A stretch of 64,000 bases of DNA. Source: Spirochaetia bacterium (lineage in GTDB: Bacteria; Spirochaetota; Spirochaetia; SZUA-6; Bin103). Shown here one piece after another: positions 29,073 to 39,045 of this stretch. Below the pieces are notes generated by a model. That model searched no databases, was not told where the DNA came from, and was given only the letters and a program-made list of their open reading frames with translations. Each line of letters opens with the position of its first letter. The stretch's first letter is position 1. The stretch covers positions 4,096,001-4,160,000 of the forward strand of contig CBDBDQ010000005.1 of NCBI GenBank assembly GCA_965203905.1, given 5' to 3'. Position numbers and translations under genes: made by a program.

Positions 29073-29552
29073 CTAGCAACCTGTTAAGCTGCCACAGAGA
29101 TTGTCACTACTTAGCAGCCTCTGGTGCGAGGAAGTAAACCGCCGTTGAAGATCACCTCGTGTCGTATACACTTTTCCGGCCGGCCCTGAAATGATGTCCG
29201 TATTCACAAAGTCGTTCGTCAGTTTTCCGTCATCGGTAAAGAGAAAACGAGCCCCGCTTGCCAATGCAAGGGCGAGTATGTGCCGGTCGTTTGACCTGAT
29301 CCGTCCGCCGAGTTGCTCCTCGACTTCCTTAATCATAGACAGCCTTATTATCCGAACTCTCCTACCGAGTCTGCGAGCCTCCAGGAACCATCTTTCGAAG
29401 TTCTTGTTGTGAGTCAGCTCTCTGATGTTCTTTCCGCCAACGACGAGTTCGCCCCGTCCGTCTTCCAACCATTGCCGAAATCTCCTGCCTGGCTCAGTCT
29501 GTTTCGGCCCCACTAACTGGTACACTACGTCGGCGTCGACGATGGCGCACAT
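29073..29552 (-). CDS. PIN-domain protein
   Basis: 'AIVDADV', 'SNDRHILALA', 'LFTDD' acidic tetrad pattern; TGATG overlap with upstream ATPase. Confidence 0.75.
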   Translation of the reverse strand: MCAIVDADVVYQLVGPKQTEPGRRFRQWLEDGRGELVVGGKNIRELTHNKNFERWFLEARRLGRRVRIIRLSMIKEVEEQLGGRIRSNDRHILALALASGARFLFTDDGKLTNDFVNTDIISGPAGKVYTTRGDLQRRFTSSHQRLLSSDNLCGSLTGC

Positions 29553-30898
29553 CAGTAATCGATCACCCGATTCAGTTCGTCTCTGAAGAAACCCCGGTAT
29601 CCTTCTGGTGCATCAAGAACGTTGCCTTCGTCGTCAATGCGAATCGAGTGAATCGTGACGGACAGGTCATCACGCTCGAAATACAGGATCGATACGTCGT
29701 CGGGCTTGAGATTCGTGGTCTTGTCCCGAATGTCGAGTAGAATACGGTCGACAATGTAGTCACTGTGGGTCTCGACGATGAGTTGACGGCCAGACGCTGC
29801 AGTGGCACAGAATAGGCTCCCGAGAGCCGCCTGAGCACTTGGATGGAGATGGACTTCTGGCTGTTGGAAAAGAAACATCTGCGCTCCCCTAGCACGAAAT
29901 ATCTCCGTAAGGACAGGTAGAACTTGGCTTACACCGTATCCAACATCAATTAGATTGCGTTTCGGTCCCTTCCTCCTGATTCCAAACTTCCGAACCTGTA
30001 ACTGAAAGGGACCTCCCTCCATGTTACCGAGTTGTTTCACATCTATTTCATCAAACAAGCCGGAATCACGGCCGAATCGTTCCAGCTCTTCTTTCAAGGC
30101 ATTCCACTGTTTCTCATCTCGGAAGTTGACGTTAGCTAGAAGAGTAGGGACATACGCTCCTTCGGGATCTGGTGTAGGTCTCAGGGGGTCATATGTGCGG
30201 CGTGGACTCGATCGAATTGGAGCACTTGCAAACGCCGGAGAGCCCGCCCTATGGGACATAGGGTCACGGAGTAGCTGAATCACCTTAGAACCTATGTCCT
30301 GACTCAATACGGATCGAGGTCCTGCTAGTCTCTTGAGTGTCTGTGGTTTCTCCATGGCTTCCTCTAACTCCCTTCGTATTCGAAAAAAGTACGGTGCGCT
30401 GAAAATTGGGGTATACGAACTACGGGGATAATCATATCTTGTCGTATAACGCCACGAACTGTCCTCGTGTCCAAAGTCGATGGTTAACTTGCGATCATCA
30501 GACCCAAAGAAATTCACCCATATGCTTCCTCGATATAGAGAAACTGTAGCAGGAACCGGTACAGCAGAGTGTGAAGTAAATGTCACGTCAACATTGATTC
30601 TCCTGCGTCTTAAAGTTCCGCTGAATCCGATTTCAAAACATCCGGGAGAACCGCGACGGGGTCCTTGACTATGCACAATCTCAGAAAACGCACCAAGGTC
30701 ATATGGCCTCGATCTGAAGTCCGGATCGATCTGTTGAAATACCGTGTCCCATATCGCACGTACTGCCGCGAGAAACGACGTCTTTCCGGTACTGTTTTCT
30801 CCTACTAGCAAGGTTAGCGGCGCCAAACGAGCGATCTGTTGATCACCAAAGCAACGGAAGTCTCGAATCCTAATTTCGTCGACATATTGCTGAGCCAT
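29552..30898 (-). CDS. AAA_21/ABC-type ATPase (DUF3696-like C-terminus)
   Basis: Walker A GENSTGKT, 'DVGYGVSQVLP', 'FQQPEVHLHP', 'VETHS'. Confidence 0.85.
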   Translation of the reverse strand: MAQQYVDEIRIRDFRCFGDQQIARLAPLTLLVGENSTGKTSFLAAVRAIWDTVFQQIDPDFRSRPYDLGAFSEIVHSQGPRRGSPGCFEIGFSGTLRRRRINVDVTFTSHSAVPVPATVSLYRGSIWVNFFGSDDRKLTIDFGHEDSSWRYTTRYDYPRSSYTPIFSAPYFFRIRRELEEAMEKPQTLKRLAGPRSVLSQDIGSKVIQLLRDPMSHRAGSPAFASAPIRSSPRRTYDPLRPTPDPEGAYVPTLLANVNFRDEKQWNALKEELERFGRDSGLFDEIDVKQLGNMEGGPFQLQVRKFGIRRKGPKRNLIDVGYGVSQVLPVLTEIFRARGAQMFLFQQPEVHLHPSAQAALGSLFCATAASGRQLIVETHSDYIVDRILLDIRDKTTNLKPDDVSILYFERDDLSVTIHSIRIDDEGNVLDAPEGYRGFFRDELNRVIDY

Positions 30899-30910
30899 GC
30901 AGCTTCTCCT

Positions 30911-33900
30911 CTAATTCGTATCCGGCCAAAGATACACCAGACCAACCGGCTCCACGCGTGGAGCGCGAACTTCGTAAAACTGGCGAATTCGGGACGGCTC
31001 GGTTTCGAGGTCGCGGTTGAACTGGGTGAGGCGCCTGCGCCATGCGGCGACGTCGGCCTGCCGCTGGCGTTCCTCTGCTTCGTTTAGCCCAAGCGTGAGT
31101 TGGTCCTTGGCAGCCTCGTGTTTGGCGAGCTCCGCTTCGACTCGCTGGCGCTGGCGTTCCAGGGTCACGTGGAGCTGACGGGCCTCACTCTCGCCGCGAT
31201 CGCGCAGGGCGTCGGCCGCGATGCGGGCGACCTGTTTGGCTCGCTCTTTCAGTTGCGGCAGCAGGTCTGTGATGTCCTGGGCGGCGGTCTCCAGCAGACG
31301 GCGATGAATGGTCTCGCTTGGGCCGTGGGCGTCCACCAGCGCGGACTCCAGGCGTTGGAGGGTTCGCGCCTCGGCTTCCCCGGCGTACGCCCTGAGCGGT
31401 CCCGCGCGTCTTGACGGCTCGATCCAGCGGGCGGCGACCGGCGTCAGGATCTCGTGCAGGCGTTCGGCCCGGCGGCCGTACAGGCACAGCCGGCCCAACA
31501 GGATCACCCGCGGGATCGAGTCGGCCGCCTGTACCAGGCAGGCGCGGGACAGGTCGTGGTGGACGAAACCCTGGGCGCGGAAGCGGGCCAGCAGGCGCTG
31601 CGCCATCCGCTGCTCCAGGTGCAGGTGCACCGTGTCGTCGGTGAGCACGCCGGCGTCCTCGAACACGACCGGGCGGATCGGCGCTTCGCGCCGCCACTCG
31701 GCCAGTTTCTGGTTGCGCCTGCGCGGCACGCGCAGGGTGTCCAGGGTACTGGTCCAACTCGCATCCGCCAGCGTCTGGCCGTTGAGGGCCGGGAACGTCC
31801 AGACCCGGGAGCCATCAGCGGCACGCTCTTCCTGCAACGGTTGGGCGCCCAGCAACTCCAGCGAGCAGGACATCGCGTCACGGAACGGCTGCGGCTCGAA
31901 GTCCACCCAGCGGCGGGACCGATCCAGCAGCCCCCGGCAGCGCTCGATCTGCTCCTTCAGGTCTTCCTGGCGTTCGCGCGCCGCTTCGAGCTCCTCGGCC
32001 GCGACGCGCTTCTTCTCCTGGTCCGGATCGGCGGCTTCGATCTCGCTTGCCAGGCGCTTCGCGTCCCGGTGACGAATGCCCTGCCGCAGTCGGCGTTCGA
32101 TGTCGTCGTCGATCACCTTGGAGAGGCTGCCCAGCTCGCGCTTGATGGTCTGCGTCTTTCTGACCAGCACCTCCAGTACCCGGTCTTCGGCACGCTGCGG
32201 GAGTGCGAAGTAGTGGCAGCGGACTTCCGGCGCCGGTTGCAGCTTGCGGTCGATGCGGCCGTTGCGCTGCTCGATCCGGCCGGGATTCCAGGGCAGGTCG
32301 AAGTGGAACAGGTCGGTGCAATGCGCCTGGAAGTTCAGTCCTTCGCGGGCGGCATCGGTGGCGATCAGGATGCGCAGCGGATCGTCCGCCGGGGCCGCGT
32401 TGAAGCGGCGCTGGATCTCCTTGCGGTTCGCGCCCGCGGTCTGACCGTCGATGGTCTCGATCCGCTCGTCGGCCAAATCGGTGCCGGCGATCGCCTGCTC
32501 CAGCATCTCGCGCAGGTAGCGCTTGGTGCCGATCACGTTCTCGGTGAAGATCAGCACCCGGCGGTTGTTCCAGCGTGGCCGGTCGGGACAGAGGTGGTCG
32601 TCGATCCAGCGGATCAGCTTGCGGGTCTTCGCGTCGGGCCGGCCGCGGGCCGCCGACGCCACCGTTTCCATACGGTCGAGGAGATCCTGTTCGGCGCGCC
32701 ACAGCGCCTCGGCATCCGGACTCCGGCCCGCTGCGCTCTCGGTCGCGGCATTGATGGCCGCGATCTGGGCTGACTCCTCCGACGCGTTCTCCTCGTCCGT
32801 GTGCTCCGCGCGATCGTCGTCGGCGTCGGGGGACGTGGCGAACCGGGATGCGGCCTTGGACGTGAACGCATCGCTGCCGGCGGCTCCGTCCGGGACATCG
32901 CCGGACGCGAAGCGCTCCCACTGCTCGCGGGCGGTCTTGCGATGGCGCGACAGGGAGATGGCGAACGCCTCGATCGACGACAGCAGCTTCTGTTGCAGCC
33001 CCACCACGAGCAATGCGGCCGCGGCGCGGGTGCGCGCGGGTACGTCCTCGAATCGCGTCTCCCGGACGCTGCGGTACTCGTCGAGCAGCCGCGACAGCAC
33101 CAGCTCCGGCGCGTCGTCGGGCAGGCCGTCGATCACCACCCGGCGCACCTCGCGCTTGGGGAACTCGCCCTGAATCTCCCGTATGTCCTCCTTGATACGG
33201 CGCACCATGACGTCTTCCAGATCAGCCTTGCCGCGTACCGGCACGCCGCGCGTGAAGCGGTATGGGTCGAGCAGCTCCAGCAGGGTGGCGAAGCTGTTGG
33301 AGTGGCCGTTGTGGGGTGTGGCGGACAGGAACAGCCGGTGCTCGAAGCGCCCGCCCAGGTCACGGATGGCGCGGGTGAACTTGGTCTCGATGCCGTAGCG
33401 GCCGCCGCTCGACGGCGCCGCGTGGTGGGCCTCGTCCAGGATCAGCAGGCTGCCGGGTGACAGGTCGCCGAGCCATTCGCGCATGGGATCGGCATAGGCC
33501 GGGTCGATGAGCAGGTTGTGCGAGACCAGAAACCGGCTGTGCGTGCGCCACGGGTTGACGCCAAAGCCCCTTTCCCGGCGCACCTGCGCCAGGTAGGCGC
33601 GGTCGAGGATCACGAACAGCAGGCCGAACCGCTCCTCCATCTCCGCTTTCCATTGCTCCAGGACCGACGCCGGGGCGGCGACGACTACGGTGCGTGCCTT
33701 CTTGCGCAGCAGTAGCTCACGGGCGATGAGGCCGGCCTCGATGGTCTTGCCGAGGCCGGTGTCGTCGGCGATGAACAGGTTCACGCGGGCGAGGCGCAAC
33801 GCCTTGCGCAACGGCTCCATCTGGTAGGCGTCGATCTTGATGCCGGCGCGAAACGGCGACTGGAACAGGTTCGGGTCCGTGGCCGTGACGCAGTTCCAGC

Positions 33901-34192
33901 GCAGGGTGTGCAGGTACGCGCTGAAGTGGCGCGGCGGGTCGAAGCGCTTCTTCCCGAGGTCGCTCCACGCCTCCTGCTCCAGGATGCGACGGTCGATCTC
34001 GAAGTCCCAGTAGACGTCCAGGGTCTGACCCTGCGCATCGTCGTCGGCGCACGCCAGACTCACCCGTGCCGTCTGGCCCGTGGGCGCGTCCACGGCTTCC
34101 ACCAGCCAGCGCCGCGAACGCACCTCTACCAGTTCGCCGATGTGAGGCGCGCGGTTGGGGAGGTAGGTTGCCGGGCCGGCCACGAGGATCAT
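30911..34192 (-). CDS. drmD: DISARM SNF2-like helicase DrmD
   Basis: 'IADDTGLGKT', 'DEAHH', 'SATPHNG', 'ATDAAREGLN', 'WNPGRIEQRNGRIDR', C-terminal 'EPVGLVYLWP'; start ATG 34192 or GTG 34183. Confidence 0.93.
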   Translation of the reverse strand: MILVAGPATYLPNRAPHIGELVEVRSRRWLVEAVDAPTGQTARVSLACADDDAQGQTLDVYWDFEIDRRILEQEAWSDLGKKRFDPPRHFSAYLHTLRWNCVTATDPNLFQSPFRAGIKIDAYQMEPLRKALRLARVNLFIADDTGLGKTIEAGLIARELLLRKKARTVVVAAPASVLEQWKAEMEERFGLLFVILDRAYLAQVRRERGFGVNPWRTHSRFLVSHNLLIDPAYADPMREWLGDLSPGSLLILDEAHHAAPSSGGRYGIETKFTRAIRDLGGRFEHRLFLSATPHNGHSNSFATLLELLDPYRFTRGVPVRGKADLEDVMVRRIKEDIREIQGEFPKREVRRVVIDGLPDDAPELVLSRLLDEYRSVRETRFEDVPARTRAAAALLVVGLQQKLLSSIEAFAISLSRHRKTAREQWERFASGDVPDGAAGSDAFTSKAASRFATSPDADDDRAEHTDEENASEESAQIAAINAATESAAGRSPDAEALWRAEQDLLDRMETVASAARGRPDAKTRKLIRWIDDHLCPDRPRWNNRRVLIFTENVIGTKRYLREMLEQAIAGTDLADERIETIDGQTAGANRKEIQRRFNAAPADDPLRILIATDAAREGLNFQAHCTDLFHFDLPWNPGRIEQRNGRIDRKLQPAPEVRCHYFALPQRAEDRVLEVLVRKTQTIKRELGSLSKVIDDDIERRLRQGIRHRDAKRLASEIEAADPDQEKKRVAAEELEAARERQEDLKEQIERCRGLLDRSRRWVDFEPQPFRDAMSCSLELLGAQPLQEERAADGSRVWTFPALNGQTLADASWTSTLDTLRVPRRRNQKLAEWRREAPIRPVVFEDAGVLTDDTVHLHLEQRMAQRLLARFRAQGFVHHDLSRACLVQAADSIPRVILLGRLCLYGRRAERLHEILTPVAARWIEPSRRAGPLRAYAGEAEARTLQRLESALVDAHGPSETIHRRLLETAAQDITDLLPQLKERAKQVARIAADALRDRGESEARQLHVTLERQRQRVEAELAKHEAAKDQLTLGLNEAEERQRQADVAAWRRRLTQFNRDLETEPSRIRQFYEVRAPRVEPVGLVYLWPDTN

Positions 34193-34338
34193 TGTATGCG
34201 GAAGCGGGGTGCGTGGGCAGAGACCGCAGAGGACGGCAGAGGTTGCCGGTAAACCGGACGCGCCACTATACTTTCGGGGCGCGGCGAACTCCTTCCGGAG
34301 CGACGCCGGCGCCGCCACCTGAGCATCCGATTCCCAGC

Positions 34339-35265
34339 ATGAATATCGAGGTCTTCATACTTGGCACCGGCGGCATGATGCCGCTGCCCGGCCGCGGGCT
34401 CACGTCGGTGCTGGTGCGCCGCGAGGGCGACCTGTTCCTGTTCGATTGCGGCGAGGCCACCCAGATCGCCTTCCGCCGTCTCAACCTGCGGTGGAAGAAG
34501 ATCTCCCACATCTTCATCTCGCACACCCACGCCGACCATGTCACCGGGCTGCCGGGGATGCTCTCGCTCTCCTCCCAGGTGGAACGTTCCGAGCCGCTGC
34601 ACGTGTACGGCCCGCCACGGGTGCGCGCCTACATCGAGCAGAGCCTGCGGGTGCTGGACATCTACATCAACTACGAGATCGTGATCCACGAGACGCTGGA
34701 CAGCGGACCGCTGGTCAGCGGCGACGGTTTCCAGGTGCATGCCTACCGTCTGCGTCACTCCAAGCCGTGTCTCGGCTACACGCTGGTGGAGGATGAGCGG
34801 CCCGGCGTGTTCTTCCCCGAGCGGGCCGAGGCCCTTGGCGTGCCGCGCGGGCCGCTGTGGGGGCGGCTGCAGGGCGGCTCCTCGGTAACCCTGGAGGACG
34901 GCCGCATCATCGAGTCGCCGCAGGTGATGGGGGAGCACCGGCGCGGGCGCAAGTTCGCGTTCGTGACCGACACCGCAATGGTCCCCGGCCTGGACAATTT
35001 CGTGGCGGACGCCGACCTGATGATCTGCGAGGGGATGTTCTCCCAGGATCTACGGGAGAGCGCGCGCGACAAGAAACATCTCACCGCACGTCAGGCCGGC
35101 GCCCTGGCGCGCCGCGCCGGGGTTGGCCGCATGGGGCTGATCCACTACAGCCCGCGCTACACCGAGCGCGATTTGAAGAAGCTGTTGCGCGAGGCGCGGG
35201 CGGAGTTCTCCGGCGCGTTCCTCACCCGCGACCTGCAGGAGATTGCGATCCCGTTCCGCGATTAG
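34339..35265 (+). CDS. rnz: ribonuclease Z
   Basis: 'ILGTGG', 'FDCGE', HTHADH metal motif, 'VTDT', 'IHYSPRY'. Confidence 0.93.
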   Translation: MNIEVFILGTGGMMPLPGRGLTSVLVRREGDLFLFDCGEATQIAFRRLNLRWKKISHIFISHTHADHVTGLPGMLSLSSQVERSEPLHVYGPPRVRAYIEQSLRVLDIYINYEIVIHETLDSGPLVSGDGFQVHAYRLRHSKPCLGYTLVEDERPGVFFPERAEALGVPRGPLWGRLQGGSSVTLEDGRIIESPQVMGEHRRGRKFAFVTDTAMVPGLDNFVADADLMICEGMFSQDLRESARDKKHLTARQAGALARRAGVGRMGLIHYSPRYTERDLKKLLREARAEFSGAFLTRDLQEIAIPFRD

Positions 35266-35699
35266 CGCGATCACGCGTTCGCTACGTTCACAGGGTTCAC
35301 ACCCTGAGCCTCGCCGTCAATGCTGAATCTCTTGTATAGACTTGAGATGACAACTCCATCGGGTCCACTCGCGAAATGGCGAATTCTTTGTGGGGTTTCA
35401 CGACTGTTGCGCCAGTTCGTGAATTCGGCAGATTGACTTCCATTGCATTGCCCTGCGACCCTGACTGATCTCATCAATTTGTTTTGTAAAAACGATTTAC
35501 ACGCGCTGATTCTATTTTCCTTTAGGAGTACGATCCACCGCGAAATGGCGAACTTCAGAGTAGGTTCGCGAACTTTCTGCGGATTCGCGACCTCTTCCGC
35601 CGATTCGCGACTTCGCGAGAGTGTCGGTGCTCATGCGAGGGATTTGGGTCACAGGGGTGCATTTGACATGCCATCGCGGTTGGCGGGTACCCTTGACCC

Positions 35700-36515
35700 A
35701 TGAAGAGTTCTCACGGTTTCCGAATCTCCATCTGCGCCGTTCTCCTGCTGGCGCCGCTGGCGCCGCTCTCCGCCCAGGTGGCGGACGGCCTGTATGCTAC
35801 CATCGGCTACGGAGTTGCGCTGCCCGCGGACACGTCATTCACCATCAACGACGTGCCCGCCGCGGAGGATGCCGACCCGACGGAGTTGCGCACGGGCACC
35901 CTCAAGACCGACCTCGGCTGGGTGGGCTTCCGCGCCGGAGCCGGCTACTCGATCAGCGGATTCCGCCCGGAGATTTCGTTCTCCTACCGCCAGCTCCCCG
36001 TGTCCGAGGTTTCCTACAGCAAGTTCTGTAATCCAGTTGAACTTGCTTTTCTACCTGATGGCTGCCTGCCCGAGGATATCCTGGAGGAGTTGAAGGTCAC
36101 CGTCGATACGGAGCAGAGCTCGGTTACCGACCTGGGCCTGCTGGCGAACGTCTCCTACGACATCGATACCGGCACCCCGATCGTCCCTTACCTCGGCATC
36201 GGCCTCGGGGCATCATCCATCACCGCGAAGGTGGAAGTGGAGGTGGAGGTGGAGCTCGACGTGCCACAGCTGGGCAAGCAACTGATCAAGCGTTCGCTGG
36301 AGCGGGAGGCGTCGCAGTGGGCGCTCGCGTACCAGGCCACCGCCGGTGTCGGCTACGCCCTGACCGAGGCGCTGACGATCGGACTGGGCTACCGCCTGGC
36401 AGGCGGCACCGAAGCCGAGTTCGACTGGAACACGGTCGATGATGACGTGATCGAGAAGCTGAAGGCCGCAGCCCTTACCCACAACATCGAGCTGGGGGTC
36501 ATCTTCAGGTTCTAA
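35700..36515 (+). CDS. outer membrane beta-barrel protein (opacity/Msp2-like)
   Basis: Signal peptide; 'LANVSYDI...PYLGIGLG', 'AYQATAGVGY', terminal 'GVIFRF'. Confidence 0.75.
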   Translation: MKSSHGFRISICAVLLLAPLAPLSAQVADGLYATIGYGVALPADTSFTINDVPAAEDADPTELRTGTLKTDLGWVGFRAGAGYSISGFRPEISFSYRQLPVSEVSYSKFCNPVELAFLPDGCLPEDILEELKVTVDTEQSSVTDLGLLANVSYDIDTGTPIVPYLGIGLGASSITAKVEVEVEVELDVPQLGKQLIKRSLEREASQWALAYQATAGVGYALTEALTIGLGYRLAGGTEAEFDWNTVDDDVIEKLKAAALTHNIELGVIFRF

Positions 36516-37824
36516 GGGATCTCGCCAAAATAAAGTGGTCGAAAGGAGTAGCCGATAATCTACTCAGACGTAGTGGACCCAATTCTCACCCAAGCGGTCA
36601 AGACCAAGTTCGCAGCCCTGAATCCATTGTTTGACGAGCGCCTCCGGCGCCGCTGGGCTGCGGTGGAGGCGCGCCTGCTGGGCCGTGGCGGCATCGCCTG
36701 TGTGGCAGCCGCCACCGGGATCTCGCGGACCACCATTCACGCCGGGCTGAAGGAACTGGATGCCGGCGCAGCAGCAGGGGCACAAGCCAACAGCGGACGC
36801 CAGCGACGACCCGGCGCAGGCCGTAAGCCGTTGACCGCCCGCGACCCGAAGTTGACACAGGCGCTGGAGCGGTTGGTCGACCCGGTCACCCGCGGCGACC
36901 CGATGGGGCCGTTGCTGTGGACCTGCAGTAGCGCGGCGCGGCTGGCCGAGGAACTGCAGGCGGCCGGTCACCCGGTGAGCGAGCGGACCGTGAACCGGCT
37001 GTTGCATGAGTTGGGCTACAGCCTGCAGGCCAACCGCAAGACGCTGGAAGGCACGCAGCATGTCGACCGCGATGCGCAGTTCAAGCACATCAACCGGAGG
37101 GTGCGCGCGTTTCAGGCTCTGCGGCAGCCGGTAGTTTCTGTTGACACCAAGAAAAAGGAGTTGGTGGGCGAGTACCGCAACGGGGGTCGAGAGTGGCGCC
37201 CGAAGGGCCAACCGGAGCGCGTCAAGGTGCACGATTTCGTGGATAAGACGCTCGGCAAGGCGATTCCGTACGGGATCTACGACGTGACCGGTGACACCGG
37301 CTGGGTGAGCGTGGGGGAGGATCACGACACCGCGGTATTCGCCGTGGAGACACTGCGGAGGTGGTGGCAGAGGATGGGCCATATGGCGTATCCACAGGCG
37401 CGGCGGTTGCTGATCACGGCCGACGGGGGCGGTTCCAACAGCAGTCGCAGTCGGCTGTGGAAGGTGGAGTTGCAGCAGTTCGCCGATGCCACGGGGCTGC
37501 GCATCTCGGTGTGTCACTTTCCGCCGGGGACCAGCAAGTGGAACAAGATCGAGCATCGGATGTTCTGTCACATCACCGAGAACTGGCGCGGGCGACCGCT
37601 GGTGAGCCGGCAGGTGGTGGTGAACCTGATCGGCCACACGAGAACCAGGAGCGGCTTGACGATCCGCTCGGAGTTGGACCACAACAGCTACCCGACGGGG
37701 CAGACGGTGAGCGACGAACAGATGCAGGCACTGAATCTGAAGCGCGATCGGTTTCACGGCGAATGGAACTACATGCTGACTCCCCGACAGTGACTAAAAG
37801 ACCAGCTTATTTTGGCGAGACTCC
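36516..37824 (+). mobile_element. ISAzo13-family insertion sequence, apparently intact
   Basis: Imperfect 25-bp terminal IRs (GGGATCTCGCCAAAATAAAGTGGTC / GACCAGCTTATTTTGGCGAGACTCC), TAA duplicated at 36513-36515 and 37825-37827. Confidence 0.9.
36573..37793 (+). CDS. ISAzo13-family transposase
   Basis: 'SVDTKKKE', 'ITADGGGSN', 'PPGTSKWNKIEHR', 'HGEWNY'. Confidence 0.93.
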   Translation: MDPILTQAVKTKFAALNPLFDERLRRRWAAVEARLLGRGGIACVAAATGISRTTIHAGLKELDAGAAAGAQANSGRQRRPGAGRKPLTARDPKLTQALERLVDPVTRGDPMGPLLWTCSSAARLAEELQAAGHPVSERTVNRLLHELGYSLQANRKTLEGTQHVDRDAQFKHINRRVRAFQALRQPVVSVDTKKKELVGEYRNGGREWRPKGQPERVKVHDFVDKTLGKAIPYGIYDVTGDTGWVSVGEDHDTAVFAVETLRRWWQRMGHMAYPQARRLLITADGGGSNSSRSRLWKVELQQFADATGLRISVCHFPPGTSKWNKIEHRMFCHITENWRGRPLVSRQVVVNLIGHTRTRSGLTIRSELDHNSYPTGQTVSDEQMQALNLKRDRFHGEWNYMLTPRQ

Positions 37825-37836
37825 TAAGGCTTCGGT

Positions 37837-38964
37837 CTAAGACTGGGCGGCGGCTTCCAGGACCCGGTAGCGGTCCGGATCGACGCGAAACGCCACCAGT
37901 TTCTGGCCGCCGTTGGCCATGGCCCGGCCCAGCGCCTGTTCGGCTTCGAGCAGCAGCCGGTCACCTTCGAGGTGCCGGCCGCTGCGGTCGCCGATGCCGA
38001 TGGCGATGCTCAGCCCGGCAGCGGCCGCCTCTCTGCGCCACGACTCCAACTGCGAGATGGCGGCGTCGAGATCGGTCTCCGGCAGGATGAGCGCGAACCC
38101 CGCCTGGCCATAGGCGAAGGCCAGCTCGGGCAGCGGTGCCAACTCCCGCACCAGGTCCGCCATGCGCGCCGAGCTGTCGTCGGTGGTGGCTTCGGCCGCA
38201 AGCAGGACGCCCAGCACGATGCTGAGGTCGGTCTGGTACGCGGCGGACCGTTCCAGTTCACCCCCCAGCCGCTCCATGAATTGGTCCGCCGGTTCCAGGC
38301 CGTAACCTGCGCCACGCTCGACGTGCTCCACGGCGCCGTTCTGGCCGGCACTCTCCTCGTCGATACCGTCCGGCCAGGGCTCCTGCGCTTCCGACGGTGG
38401 CCGTGGCGTGAGCGTCACGATCAGCAGCAAGGCGATGGCGCAGGCCAGCAGGAATGCCAGCACCAGGAACAGCGCGTCGCGCACGATGTGAAACGCGCGT
38501 TCACGCGACACCAGCCGGTAGGAAGCGGTCAGCGTCATGGCGGGGTCGCCGGCGAAGGGCGCGGCGTACATGGTGTGCAGGCTCGGCAGGTGCAGCCTCT
38601 CCGGTGGTCCCTCGGCGGGTTCGAACAGGCTCCGCGCCGGAGCATGGGCATAGAGCACGCCCTCCGGCCCGCGCAATATCATCGCCGCCAGCCCGGCCTC
38701 GCCCATCAGTTTCTGCGCCGCCTCGCCAAACACCGCGACATTGGCGCCGCCCAGCACGAAATCGGTGACCGTGAGACGCTGCCGCAGGAAGACGTCCGTC
38801 AGCTCGCTGTTGGCCAACTCGAAGTGGCTGGCCGCATTGCGATCACCTGCCTCACGCGCTACGTAGAGCCGGACCGCGAGGAGACCGACCAGGACTACCA
38901 GAAAGGCCGTAGCGGCGATTCCGAACAGGCGCCGCAGAAGTGCATGTTGGGAGAGGTCCCGCAT
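37837..38964 (-). CDS. membrane protein with degenerate GGDEF-like domain
   Basis: Two TM segments; 'ERLGGELERSA', 'FALILPETD', 'EAEQAL'; no intact GGDEF motif. Confidence 0.6.
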   Translation of the reverse strand: MRDLSQHALLRRLFGIAATAFLVVLVGLLAVRLYVAREAGDRNAASHFELANSELTDVFLRQRLTVTDFVLGGANVAVFGEAAQKLMGEAGLAAMILRGPEGVLYAHAPARSLFEPAEGPPERLHLPSLHTMYAAPFAGDPAMTLTASYRLVSRERAFHIVRDALFLVLAFLLACAIALLLIVTLTPRPPSEAQEPWPDGIDEESAGQNGAVEHVERGAGYGLEPADQFMERLGGELERSAAYQTDLSIVLGVLLAAEATTDDSSARMADLVRELAPLPELAFAYGQAGFALILPETDLDAAISQLESWRREAAAAGLSIAIGIGDRSGRHLEGDRLLLEAEQALGRAMANGGQKLVAFRVDPDRYRVLEAAAQS

Positions 38965-39045
38965 ATCGCCTTCCTCTATTGTCGACCGCTGCAGTACCCC
39001 GCTGGAGCGGTTCGAAGTCGGCAACCCGAAGGCAATCCGGGGGTG

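Noticed and set aside
13008-34192. DISARM core as the novel system
   Set aside because: Gene set and order match known class I DISARM; only the cargo and repeats are unusual
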